Source: Flectonema sp. DT1601
Lineage: Eukaryota
Assembly: GCA_964019425.1 (NCBI GenBank)
Contig: OZ025793.1
Coordinates: forward strand, 1,116,001-1,180,000
Direction of reading: 5' to 3'
Length of the DNA stretch: 64,000 bases
In this document: in pieces, positions 1 to 11,300 of the stretch
Layout of the letters: the number at the start of each line of letters is the position of its first letter
Numbering within the stretch: the first letter of the stretch is position 1
Notes under the pieces: generated by a model
The model's input: only the letters and a program-made list of their open reading frames with translations
The model's database searches: none
Told to the model about the DNA's origin: nothing
Made by a program: the position numbers and the translations under genes

Positions 1-319
1 AAGATTAGTTTTTGTACTGATATAAGCAGCTGTCCATCATGGCATTGTCCTGCCTGAATCTCGTCTGAGCCAGTAACCAGGAGTTGGTTACTTCTTTGGC
101 TATTGCCTGGTAAAAGTATTTGCTAACAAATGAGTTAGTTCTTCTCGAAGAAAAGAACATCAAGCAGTGTTATATTTTGCAGTTCGGCAATCCTTAAAGA
201 AGTTTATTTTGTCCAGTAGTTTTTTTTTTTTTTTAAACATCTTTCCCCTCTCAGATATATTACGGTGAAAAATCAATGTTAGATTCCGAATTAATGTACT
301 TAATTTATCACCCATCAGT

Positions 320-1009
320 ATGTCTTCAAGAAAGCTTAAATGCATCAAGCAGGCTCATGACTTCGATTGCGGACTAGCTTGCGTAGCGATGGTAACAACT
401 TACTTAACAAACGCTGAATCCCCCGAGAGTGAATTATCAAGAGTCACTGATGCTTTTATCGATATGGAAATCTGTGATAGTGACAGCTACACGAGAGGCA
501 TATGGACAATTGAACTTTATTATTTGTTAGCTGAATTACTGGGAGAAAGAGAAAGAAAACTACAACTGAGTACAACTGAGATAATTAGCAACGCCTTAGC
601 TCTGCTTCCCTTCTATGAACAGGATATTGGGGTTGACACTGCTAGGGTCTCGGCATTGTACTCAAAATTAAAATCTGAAGGGTCATTGCGACTACTAATG
701 CGCAGGAAGAGTGTTGCTGAGATTACGAGGGATACTCTTGCTGGTTCTGTTTTTATATTTCTAGTTGACATCCTCATATTAAAATGTCGTAGTTGCAGAT
801 ATTTCTCATTCTCAAATACTCCAACTGAAGTTGGTTCCTATCATGGACACTGTATTCTAGTTACTTCTATTGATCGTAAGAATGGTACCGTAACTTACCA
901 CGATCCGAGTGCCGAATGCGACTCTTGTAATTGTGAGTTGGAAAACTTTGAAGCTGCCAGATCAGCTCCTGGAACAGACAATGATGCGATTCGAATATCG
1001 ATTTCTTGA
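320..1009 (+). CDS. GUCD1: GUCD1-like protein (guanylyl cyclase domain-containing 1; papain/C39-like fold)
   Basis: 229-aa ORF with family-type motifs QAHDFDCGLAC, IWTIELYYLL, YHGHCILV, YHDP and FEAARSAPGTDND. Confidence 0.8.
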   Translation: MSSRKLKCIKQAHDFDCGLACVAMVTTYLTNAESPESELSRVTDAFIDMEICDSDSYTRGIWTIELYYLLAELLGERERKLQLSTTEIISNALALLPFYEQDIGVDTARVSALYSKLKSEGSLRLLMRRKSVAEITRDTLAGSVFIFLVDILILKCRSCRYFSFSNTPTEVGSYHGHCILVTSIDRKNGTVTYHDPSAECDSCNCELENFEAARSAPGTDNDAIRISIS

Positions 1010-1102
1010 AGTACATACCTAAACAATATTAATAGACACTACACTTGTAAGACTGAAGTTACCCTAGAGGCGGACACGTTTGGTCTCCTCGCTAATTTGA
1101 TG

Positions 1103-1132
1103 TCGCAGTTGGGGCTGGCGCCCCAACTGCGA
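1103..1132. repeat. Perfect 13-bp GC-rich hairpin
   Basis: TCGCAGTTGGGGC-TGGC-GCCCCAACTGCGA in AT-rich intergenic DNA, followed by ATTCTTTTT. Confidence 0.85.
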
Positions 1133-1372
1133 ATTCTTTTTGTGCAAACCTCCGTCGTTAAAATATAATATAAAAAAAAATATTAAAAAGATTTCAGGAA
1201 TGAAGCTTTTCCACTCCCTACTTATTATTATTATTATTTTTTAATTTTTTTCTTCTTTTTATTTTTGTTTCCCTAACAAACTATTAGTTTATTAACTCCT
1301 CAGTCATTCCTTAGTTGTAAAATACATCGGAAGAGTGAAAAGAGGTTTTTTTTTTTTTTTTTTTTTCCTGCA

Positions 1373-1504
1373 CCGACAAAGTCGGAGAAGAAACTATTCA
1401 GATTAAGAGCCGTTTATTTATTATGTCATGTTATCTATTTCCCTGTGCTCCAGTAATACTGTCAGCGATCAACAAAAATATAAAGGCTTTATCTGAATGG
1501 TTTT
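1373..1504. repeat. ~135-bp interspersed repeat, copy 1
   Basis: Direct-repeat homology to 3642..3775. Begins with hairpin CCGAC-AAA-GTCGG and has an internal inverted pair AAACTATTCAGATTAAG / CTTTATCTGAATGGTTT. Confidence 0.85.
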
Positions 1505-1742
1505 CTTTCTTACACATCCCTGACTAGTTTATTTTTCTATCCCTATTCCTGTTCCTTAAACACACTATTTCTTTTTGTTCAAAATCCTTTTGTAATTTAT
1601 ACTTTGACTAAATAAAATATAGGTTGGTATGTCTTCTTGCCTTTTTTTTTGTTGTTTGAGACGGTAGTTTGTGGTAGTTGTCGTTATTTTGATTCTATTT
1701 TGTGTGATCAAATATCCATTTTTTTACAAGTGGTTGCCAACC

Positions 1743-3497
1743 ATGATGCGTCGGTTAGAAAAACCAGTTCTTGAAAGAAGAGCAGCGAGTGGTACAATGC
1801 AAGCACCAGTATCACCTGAATACAGAGCTTTACCGCCGAAAGTACCAAGTAAGCAAACTGTACATCAAACACCGCCTCGTGGACTGTTGAAGGCAGGGGG
1901 TCGGGTTACGAGTAAAAGCCCTGAATTAATTTTTGAAAGGAGAGAAGGCGGTAGTTCCAAATCCCTTCCAAATGCGGTATCTGATCAGGTGATGCTGTCA
2001 CCTGCTAGTTCGAGATGCTCATCACTCCCATCACCAGCAAAAAGTGAAAAACATGAAACAAACGTCAATGTAGCCCTCCGTGTAAGACCATTCACAGTAT
2101 TAGATCGGAGATCAAAAATAGACGAATCGCCAGCTTTAGATGTGTTTGGATCTACCACAGTCAGCATTAAGAACCTTCAATTTACTTTTGATCATTTGCT
2201 TTGGTCAGCTGGAACACCTTCAACATCAGAAGTAGATTCTGAAGACTCTTCAGAAGACGACTACTGTCCGAGACATGCTTCTCAGTTAGATGTTTATAAA
2301 AGAATTGGAAGCCCAGTAGTTGATACAGCTCTTGGTGGTTACAACAGTTGTGTTTTCGCATACGGCCAAACCGGATCAGGAAAGACATACACGATGATGG
2401 GTGACAATACTGATGAAGGTAAAGGACTCCTTCCCCGAATTGTTGAGGAATTGTTCCAACGAAGTTCCGCATTCGAATCAAAAAAAGTAACTTTCGAAGT
2501 CTCTTTTATGGAAATATACTGCGAGAAAGTAAAAGACCTATTGAAGGTATCCGAATACGCTTCCTTACGTGTTAGACAGCATCCAGTGAAAGGTGTTTTC
2601 GTGGAAGGAATTCAACGAGTTTCTGTTCAGTCTTGGAGTGAATGTAGAAGTCTTATTGACAAGGGAAATCAACAGCGGGTTACTGCTTGCACATCAATGA
2701 ATGAGAAATCAAGTCGTAGTCATGCAGTGTTTACGATAAATGTTACTGTTGATGAGAATGTTAAATTATCAAAAAACGGTCGGATAACATCATCTCAACG
2801 AACTGCTGTAGTTAACCTGGTTGACTTAGCTGGTTCAGAACGCGTATCACGAACAGGCTGCACTGGTCTTCTATTAGAAGAAGCAACACAAATAAATCTC
2901 TCACTAACAGTACTCCGAAAGGTAATCGACGGTTTAGTTGACAAATCAAAAGGAGTACGATGTGTAGTACCAGTTAGAGAATCTATGCTTACTTGGGTAC
3001 TATCAGACTCGCTTGGGGGAAATAGCAAAACGACAATGATCGCTACTGCATCACCCACGAGTGAATCAGTTGAGGAAACAATATGTACTCTTAGGTATGC
3101 AGTTAAAGCTAGAGGTATTATTAATATTGCGAAGGTTAATGAAGACAGTCATGCTCGTATTGTAAGAGACCTTCAATTAGAAATATCAAAACTGCGTTCA
3201 GAACAAGAAGAAAGAACTACCGACACTGAAGTCCTTGCTGCTCAAATAGAACTAAACGAACGAGCACTGCAGCAGGTTCGGGAAGCAGCTATTCAAATGC
3301 AGCGGCTTCATAAGAAAACTCTTTCTGAAGAACGAGATCGTAGAATCCTTGCAGAGTCTGAATCTTTACAATTGTCATCACGTCTTCAGAAAGTTGAGTC
3401 ATTACTCGAACAGAAGGATACTTTTATATTAGAACTCCAACGGATGCGAGAAGACGATAATCACGAGACCAGTTGTCAACTATGTGGTATTCAATAA
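1743..3497 (+). CDS. Kinesin motor protein, kinesin-3-like, with short coiled-coil tail
   Basis: Motifs VALRVRP, P-loop FAYGQTGSGKTYTM, NEKSSRSHA, LVDLAGSER and LGGNSKTTMIATASP. Start moved from the track's GTG (1671) to the first ATG (1743), which lies just after a T-tract/AG at 1729-1730. Confidence 0.92.
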   Translation: MMRRLEKPVLERRAASGTMQAPVSPEYRALPPKVPSKQTVHQTPPRGLLKAGGRVTSKSPELIFERREGGSSKSLPNAVSDQVMLSPASSRCSSLPSPAKSEKHETNVNVALRVRPFTVLDRRSKIDESPALDVFGSTTVSIKNLQFTFDHLLWSAGTPSTSEVDSEDSSEDDYCPRHASQLDVYKRIGSPVVDTALGGYNSCVFAYGQTGSGKTYTMMGDNTDEGKGLLPRIVEELFQRSSAFESKKVTFEVSFMEIYCEKVKDLLKVSEYASLRVRQHPVKGVFVEGIQRVSVQSWSECRSLIDKGNQQRVTACTSMNEKSSRSHAVFTINVTVDENVKLSKNGRITSSQRTAVVNLVDLAGSERVSRTGCTGLLLEEATQINLSLTVLRKVIDGLVDKSKGVRCVVPVRESMLTWVLSDSLGGNSKTTMIATASPTSESVEETICTLRYAVKARGIINIAKVNEDSHARIVRDLQLEISKLRSEQEERTTDTEVLAAQIELNERALQQVREAAIQMQRLHKKTLSEERDRRILAESESLQLSSRLQKVESLLEQKDTFILELQRMREDDNHETSCQLCGIQ

Positions 3498-3641
3498 CAG
3501 TAACAACTGATGCTACCACAACGTTAACAAACAGAGTCTAAAGTATGCGGTACACATTATAATATTATTGCATCGCTAAAGTACTGACCACTGGGAACTG
3601 AATGGCACGTCCTTTGTTAAGTAGTTATTTTTTTTGTTGCT

Positions 3642-3775
3642 CCGACGAAGTCGGAGAAGAAACTATTCAGATTAAGAACCGTTTATTTATTATGCTATGT
3701 TTATCTATTTTCCTGTGCCATCAGTAAAACTAGCTGTGATCAACAAAAATATAAAGGCTTTATCTGAATGGTTTT
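3642..3775. repeat. ~135-bp interspersed repeat, copy 2
   Basis: Homologous to 1373..1504 in the same orientation. Hairpin CTCCGAC-GAA-GTCGGAG; T-runs on both sides. Confidence 0.85.
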
Positions 3776-5306
3776 GTTTTTTTTTTGAGAAAAACTGATA
3801 AAACGACAACGCAGAGCAATATTTTTCGATCATTGCAATGTGTCTTACCTCCCTCATCTTTTTTACGTTATGTGAGAGTTGTGTTTTGTTTCCCTCTTGA
3901 AGAGATTTTTGAGTCAAGTAGAGGTGTTGATTGATTTTAATTTTAACTTGGTGGTTCAAAGGAAGAGATGAGTTTTTTTTTTTTTTTTTTGTTACAGAAA
4001 AAAAAAAAAAAAAAAACTCATAAGTACCTAAAAGGAAATTAAAAAAAAATAAGCGAATGTGGAGGAAAAAAAATAAGCTTAGCTGTATTTTTGATTCATT
4101 GTTGTTTTGACAATTGACAAGTTCACATTTCCCCCCCTATTCCCTTTTTTTCTTTTTTCTCACAATTTATTCTCGTACCGGCTTTGTTGTTTTCACTAAA
4201 AGCTGTGTTTTTCGTTTGTAAATATGATTATTATTATTATTATTATTATTATTCTTTATTTTAGCCCCTTAATTTTCCGTTCATGTTTCCGACTAACCGT
4301 TTGATTTGCCTTGGCTGACTAATTAGCGAAAGAAGGAAAGAGTGCTTATTGTGCACTAGTTGGGCTACTGCTTCTTGCCTGATGTGTGATCAAGCATGAA
4401 AGTAGATGTGTTGTGATTACTAAGAGGGTGGTGTTTGTTTTCTTTATTTTGATAAGTTCTGCCTGAATACAATATATTATCGAAATTTATGATTTGCCCA
4501 TTCTGTCTTGTAGTCGAAACATTGTAGAAAACGCGAAGAAAACAATTAGGAGCGTTGTTGTTTTCAGCAGATTTTAGCGTTTCCTCTCTCCCTTTTTCTT
4601 TTCCCCTTTCTTTATTTGAACAAATTCACTGTCTTTTGTATTTAAAACGAGACGTTCTCGATCTGCATGCATACGTATTCTCAATACAAACTGTAGAACC
4701 TCTGCAATGGGGAACTCAACAGACTGAACTCCAAAAAGCCGACTTAGAGAGGAAGACAACACCAGCTTTACATTATTTGTGACGTTGAGGTGTTGAACCG
4801 ATTCTGTGTTTGCTCAAGGTATAGTTTCTTATAATTAATTCAAAACAGGAGGACAACTCTGAATTTTTGCCTGACTTTTCTGGTTTCATTGAAAAAACAC
4901 CTCCGATTTGGTATTTTCCCCCCCCGTTTCTTTTTCGTTTCTCCGATTCTTTTTGTGCTTCTTGCCTTTTCCAGTTTTCTTTTAGTTTGTCTACTGTAGG
5001 CTGACACACATACACCTCTGGTTCAACTGCGCATTTATTTCGTCTCTGCTTATTCCGCCACCCTGTTTTTCAGGTTCTAACTTTCGCCATTGATTTCTTA
5101 CGGTTTTTGTTAAGAAAATAAATGAGAAACTCTCATGTTGTGAGATCTTCTAGTAGTTTATTGTTCAGTAGCACGACGGTATTAAAATGATAGTCGTTGA
5201 AGGAATAAGATAGCGATAGTTGTGTACTAACCTTTCATGGGTTTTTTTTTTTTTGTTGTTTATTATTATTTTTTTATTAATCTGATATTCCAGCGAGCTG
5301 ATAGAA

Positions 5307-8300
5307 ATGGTTGGCTCGGACTCCGTCGGATCTCATTCCGAAGGGGACGATAATAATAATAAAAGTGGTGATGGTGGTGGTTTAGGTTGGTGGCAATCAC
5401 TTCATAAGGCTAAACAAGAGGAAGAAGAAGAAGAAGAAGAAGAAGAAGAAGAACACAATAACTCACCACCACTAGAACCAAGGAGTGATGACAGGAGATC
5501 AATACCTGAAAGTGGAATTGATTCGCTAGCAGTTGGAGCCCCGTATTCAACCAGAGATTCACCACAGCAATCTCCCTTTCCGAGACATACATCCAGAACT
5601 CTGGACACAGTTCTAACTCCATCATCACAACCTAGACAATATTCACCTTCACGTGATACAGAAGATCTATTGGAAGATGGGACTGAACATGTCTCCATTC
5701 CAGTTCAGTTTGGACATAGCATTCCATCATCAATGGTGTTATCACCTGGATTATCAAATGTTGCGAATGGTCGTAGCTCACCTATTCAAACAGTTAGTGT
5801 ACGTCCTTCTGTTTATAAAGAAAATCCTGATTCACCAACTCAAGTTGCAACACCAACAGTGGGATCAACACAACCTGATACCTTCTCAGCAATTAGTAGT
5901 CGGATGGGTCAAGTAGCTTCTCTGAGAAGTGCTGGTTTTCAAAATATATCTCGTGCTGGTAGAGAAGCAGAAAGTAATTCCTACATATCAAGTAATGACT
6001 CGTTAATAGAAGCATCACTTCAAGATCAACAAGATAAAGATGTGAGAGCCGTCAGTGATATTCGTTCACCTGAAAGTGATTCAAAAGATCCTTTTGGATC
6101 TGTGAGGTCTCCACTCAGTGCATCGACACCAATCGATATCTCATCATTAAAAAGTGTGGGTGAAAATAACACGAACGCATCTCGAAAAGGTCCGCAAGGT
6201 CTAACCTCACCAGTCACAAGACAAACAACTCTACAAGAGGACTTATCATCTTTGAAGAGCTTTGGAGAAAGAAATGTTAAAGTAGGCGTTCTATCCGGAG
6301 GAGGTAGTTCAGTTGGAAATAATGAAATTCCTTCTCCAGTTGCGTCTTCTGCGACTTCCCCACATCAAACATCTCCAGTTCTTATGAATAATGATACGGC
6401 AATTAGATCTCCGGTCAGTACTGTAGCTGGTCAGAATCTTGTGGAGAGTGGATCAGATGAAGAATTCACATTGCCTGGTGATCCTTTAAGTAAGAAATCA
6501 ACTTCTATTAATAACAATGATGATTTCATTAATCAAATAAATACATCACAACAATCAATTGAGGACTTTACAGTTCACGAAGTACCCAAAGCTACTAGCC
6601 ACCCACCTGCAATGGGAACATCATCGCAGTCAAATCCCATGAAGTCACCTGCTGCGGGTCCACAACAGGGTACATTTTCAGTTAAAAGTACATCAGTTCC
6701 TAAAGGAACTGATTCGTTTTCTATAAAGAGCAGTAGTGTTGATGATGCTGACAGCTCGCACTATGTTCCTCACACTTCTCCGATTATAAATCCTGTGGGA
6801 AGTAACACAAAGATTGACTCTCCTATTGTAAACGAAATCACAACATCACCTCTTCAATCACATGAAGAACAACCTCTTGGAACAATTGAATTAGAAGACG
6901 ATCCAGTTAGAGGTCAATCAGATATATATAATGATGACAATGTTGTAGACACAACATCTCCTCAGAGTGCAGGCATCCCGAAATCACCAATTGTAGAAAC
7001 CGCCAATCCAACTTCTGTAAAAAGCAATTCCGATACTGAACGTGTACTGGGTAGTACTGATAGTCAAGACGAGGACAGATTTCGTAGTAAATCACCAACA
7101 TTAGGAACAGAGCAGAGAGTGGCTGAGAGTTATTCAGCGAGTAGTGTTTTGAATACATCTCCTGCTGCTGTAAAAGTTGAGGCAACCGAACTTCCGCCGC
7201 CACCAATTCAAAGTACCGTTCTGGGGGCTTCTCAAGCAGAAATAGAACAAAAAAATATTGATACTTTCTCTGTGAAGAGCGCTGACAATGTCCCCGCAGT
7301 GGCCGCTGCACAAAATGTTGTGCAGACAGAGACCTCTGCAGCAAGTATCGAGAACAGGGCAGCAGATACATCCCCTTTGAGTGCAAGTAATCGTTATACA
7401 ACATCACCTATCAGGGGCGGTACTGCTACGGGCAAGTCACACGACGATAAATCCCCTTCAGAAGGTGAAATGAATATCAAACACTTGAACGAAGAAATAA
7501 AGAGTACACCCGAAGGTGTGATACACTCACAATCAAGTGCTGCACCTGACGTTGCTCAGGAAATATCCCAATATGAAGTCCCTACTTCACAAGGACACAC
7601 TGAGGGTATAAATGATGCCGTCGGTCTCATGAGTGAGAGTTATTACAGTGACTTTGAAGATCACGTAGAGCAACCGGATGAGTTGCAAGCTTCAGCACCT
7701 GTCACTGTTAAGGAAGTTTCGAAATCATTTGATACCAACCTACCTACTGAACAGAGTACATCATTGGTCATTGAGGGTGTTGAAAAGGAAGTCACTTCAA
7801 GTAAGAAGAAGAAAAACAAGAAATCCAAAGTGGGGGAAAGCGCTTCACCCAAGAAGAAGAAAAAGAAGAAGAAGAAGAAGAAATCAGCTAACGAAACAGC
7901 CACAATGGAAGCATCTCCCAGTAAGACTCAGGAAGCTGATGATGATGATGTCGAAGGTAGTAACTCGCCAGGTGATAACTCACTAGGTGACATCTCTCAA
8001 TCTATTCCTAATCGTGATCTCACTTCTACGGAAGCTCTAACTGATATGAAGACGAACGAGACTCACGACGAATCCACACGGGAAAAGAAAATCAACATAT
8101 CAGGCAACGAGAATGAATCATCAACTATGTCTCCAGGTGCTGCTTCTAAAGCAGGCAACACAAGCGAGCAAGGGAATGAGAAAAGCAAGAAAAAGAAGAA
8201 GTCCAGTGTAAAGAAGACATCTGATAAAGAAAATGGTTCGGCGGGTTATGATTCCGACACAGACGAACCCCAAGAGGAGGAGAAGAAGAAGAAGAAAAAA

Positions 8301-11300
8301 AAACAGAAGAAGAAGTCCAGCGCGAAGAAGACATCTGATGAAAATGGTTCAGCAGGCTATGATTCTGACACCGACGAACCGCAACGGGAGGAGGAGAAGA
8401 AAAAAAAAAAGAAACAGAAAAAGAAGAAGAAGAAGAAGAAGAAGAAATCCAAAACTAATAAGGAAGAGAGCAATGCCGACACCGACTCTGATTCGAACAG
8501 CGGAGATAATTCTTCTTCGAAAGTGAAAAAGAAGAAGAAGAAGAAGTCTAAAAAGAGTGACAACGACTCGTCTTCTGATTCAAGTAGTGGAGATGACTCT
8601 TCGAAGAAAAAAAAGAAGAAGAAGAAGAAGAAGTCTAAAAAGGACGACAGTGACTCGTCTTCTGATTCGAGTAGTGACTCTTCGAAGAAGAAGAAAAAGA
8701 AGAAGAAGAAGTCTAAAAAGAGTGCCAGCGACTCTTCGGATTCAAGTAGTGGAGATGACTCTTCGAAGAAGAAGAAGAAGAAGAAATCCAAAAAGAAGAA
8801 GAAGAAGGAATCTAAAAGTGACTCCTCCTCAGATTCGAGCAGTGCAAGTGACTCGAAGAAGAAGTCCAAAAAGAAGAAATCATCCTCCAGCAGCAGCTCT
8901 TCATCTGATTCGTCATCGGGTTCTGAAGAAAAAAAGAAAAGGAAGAAGAAGAACAAGAAATCTAAGAAGTCCAAAGGCAGCGATGATGAGAACTCACCGA
9001 AAAAAGATTCCGATAAGAAGAAGAAGAACAAGAACAAGAAGGACAAGAAAAGCGATTCAGATGAGAACTCGGTGAAAAAAGATTCCGATAAGAAGAAGAA
9101 GGACAAGAAGAACAAGAAGGACAAGAAATCTAAGAAGTCCAAAGGCAGCGATTCAGATGAAAACTTATCGAAGAAATCGAGCAGCTCTGACGACAAGAAA
9201 AAAAAGTCTAAAAAGGAAACAACCTCCCTCTCTGACAGCAACGAGAAACCGAAATTAGCAAACGAGGAAGTTGCTGAGAGTTCGGCAGCTGTAAATATGA
9301 ATGGTGAGAATGCATCCCCAGACAGTACCAACTACAGTTCAGCGGAACCGCCATTTGATGTTGCAGAGGATGACATCAGTCATGATCACTTAGGAGGAAC
9401 AAATATTTATTCAGAAGATCCAGATCATGATTTCGTAGTAAACAACATCCCTAATGAGAATACACCTCTGGCTTCAGTAGAACATCACGACTACGAAGAT
9501 TCTTCAGCGAAGGTATCCGACGGTGTGTCGGAAGTTGACATCGGACACACTGAACCACCACAAACAGTTGAATACCATGAACATGACTATAAAGATTCTT
9601 CAGCGAAGGTATCCGACGATGTTTCGGAGGTTGACATCGAACACACTGAACCACAACAAACAGTTGAACAACGATACCATGAACATCACGTTCAAAGTCT
9701 TAGAAAATTAGAAGAGATTGAAAACCAATCACCAAAACAATCCAACAAAGAATCAATTAATAATAGTTTTCAAGATGTTCTTGGTGGGTATAAACTTGTT
9801 GTGAATATTCATAAGTTTAGAGGGATGTCGTTGTCAGGTTCATCATCAGCCCTACCTATTACATATCAAGTATCGTATGAATATGTGAATAGAGATGGTA
9901 ATATTGCATTCGAAGGTTTAAATGTAAACGAAAGATTCTTATTCGAAAATGATGGTCTTCCTCTTAATGGAGTTCTAACAATAAAAGCATTAATCGGATC
10001 GAAGACTTACAACTTCAAGACAACTATCTGTGGTGAGCGTGACATTAGACAAACAAAATGGCTTTCAACGACAGCTAGAAAGTCAGTTGCTCGTGTCAGC
10101 GTCTCTTGTCAATATTGTTATAGATCAAAATCTTTGTTTTATATATTTGTTAGGATCAAGGAATTCAAACCAAATCCTTCTCATCCAGACTATCAATCAC
10201 AACCGTCTGAATCCAACTACACGGTAGTAACTGCTAATGAACGTTGGGATCATGTGGCTTCTGATACGTCAACTTTGGGATTATCGGGAACGAGCTTCAT
10301 ATGGGAGTCGAATAGAATGGAAATTGATTTATCTAAAGACCCGAATGTTAGACTATCACTGTGGCAACGATCTAAGTGGAGACCTGAAAAAACTGAAAAC
10401 ACCGTACAAGAACGAGAAGATGGATGTCTTGGTGAACTTTTAATTGATATCAGAAGACGAGATCTTCAAAACCAACTCGGCAAGTGGGTTTGGATGAATG
10501 TCAATACTCAGGGATGCTCTGCACTGCTAGCTGAAGTCAGTGATGCTATTCAGTTGTCTGGAAAAATACAAATCATGTTTCAGCAATCAGCAAAGGCTTG
10601 GAATGCTGCAATCACTCCTTTGGGTAAAACTGTTCCACTCGATGATCAACTGTCACTAGTAAGAAATGCTACGACTAATTCAGATGCTCTCTCACGTATG
10701 CATATTACTGTTCATGATCTAACACTTCGAATATATAAATTAGTTGGGAAGTTGTCTTCATCAGAAATTCCTAATTGGGTTTACCAGCTGCCTGTAAGTG
10801 GAAAACTTTGCCATTCGGGAGTAACATTGTCTCGTGCTGGTTCTTTTACTTCAGAGCCACCCATCTTTATTATCAGACATTTCTTAACGGCAGCGTTCGA
10901 TTTGAGGAAGTTTTCTGAAGACAGTTGCACCGCCACTCTGGTTGCGATAAAGTTACGAGCAATGGGAATCTTGGAGGGGAAATTTGGTGATTGGAAGCAA
11001 CCATCTCTATCACTTGGTCTTTACAAGGTAGTGTCGTACCTTTTAGAACCGGTAACCTCTAGAGAAGAAATAAAAATTAGAGCACACGAAGAGTGTACTC
11101 TAGATACAGTATCAACACTTATACAAATAGTTCTTAGTGGTTCAGCACTACCAGCTAAGGTAGTCATAACCACTTCTTTATCGGATGTCGGAAAGGTTAC
11201 TGAAGCTCCTGCAACCTTTCGAATGTCATATGAATTAGTTGATTCTTTTGGAAGGATAAGAGAACCAAAAGACTTTGGAAATCAAACAAAGATCAGAATA

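Noticed and set aside
1..319. Possible gene fragment at the window start and the 62-aa minus-strand ORF 160..348
   Set aside because: All + frames stop early; the minus ORF runs through a poly-T tract and resembles nothing I recognise.
8357..9331. 324-aa antisense Phe/Leu/Ser-rich ORF that looks like a membrane protein
   Set aside because: It is the mirror of the (AAG)n/Ser-Asp low-complexity coding region on the + strand.
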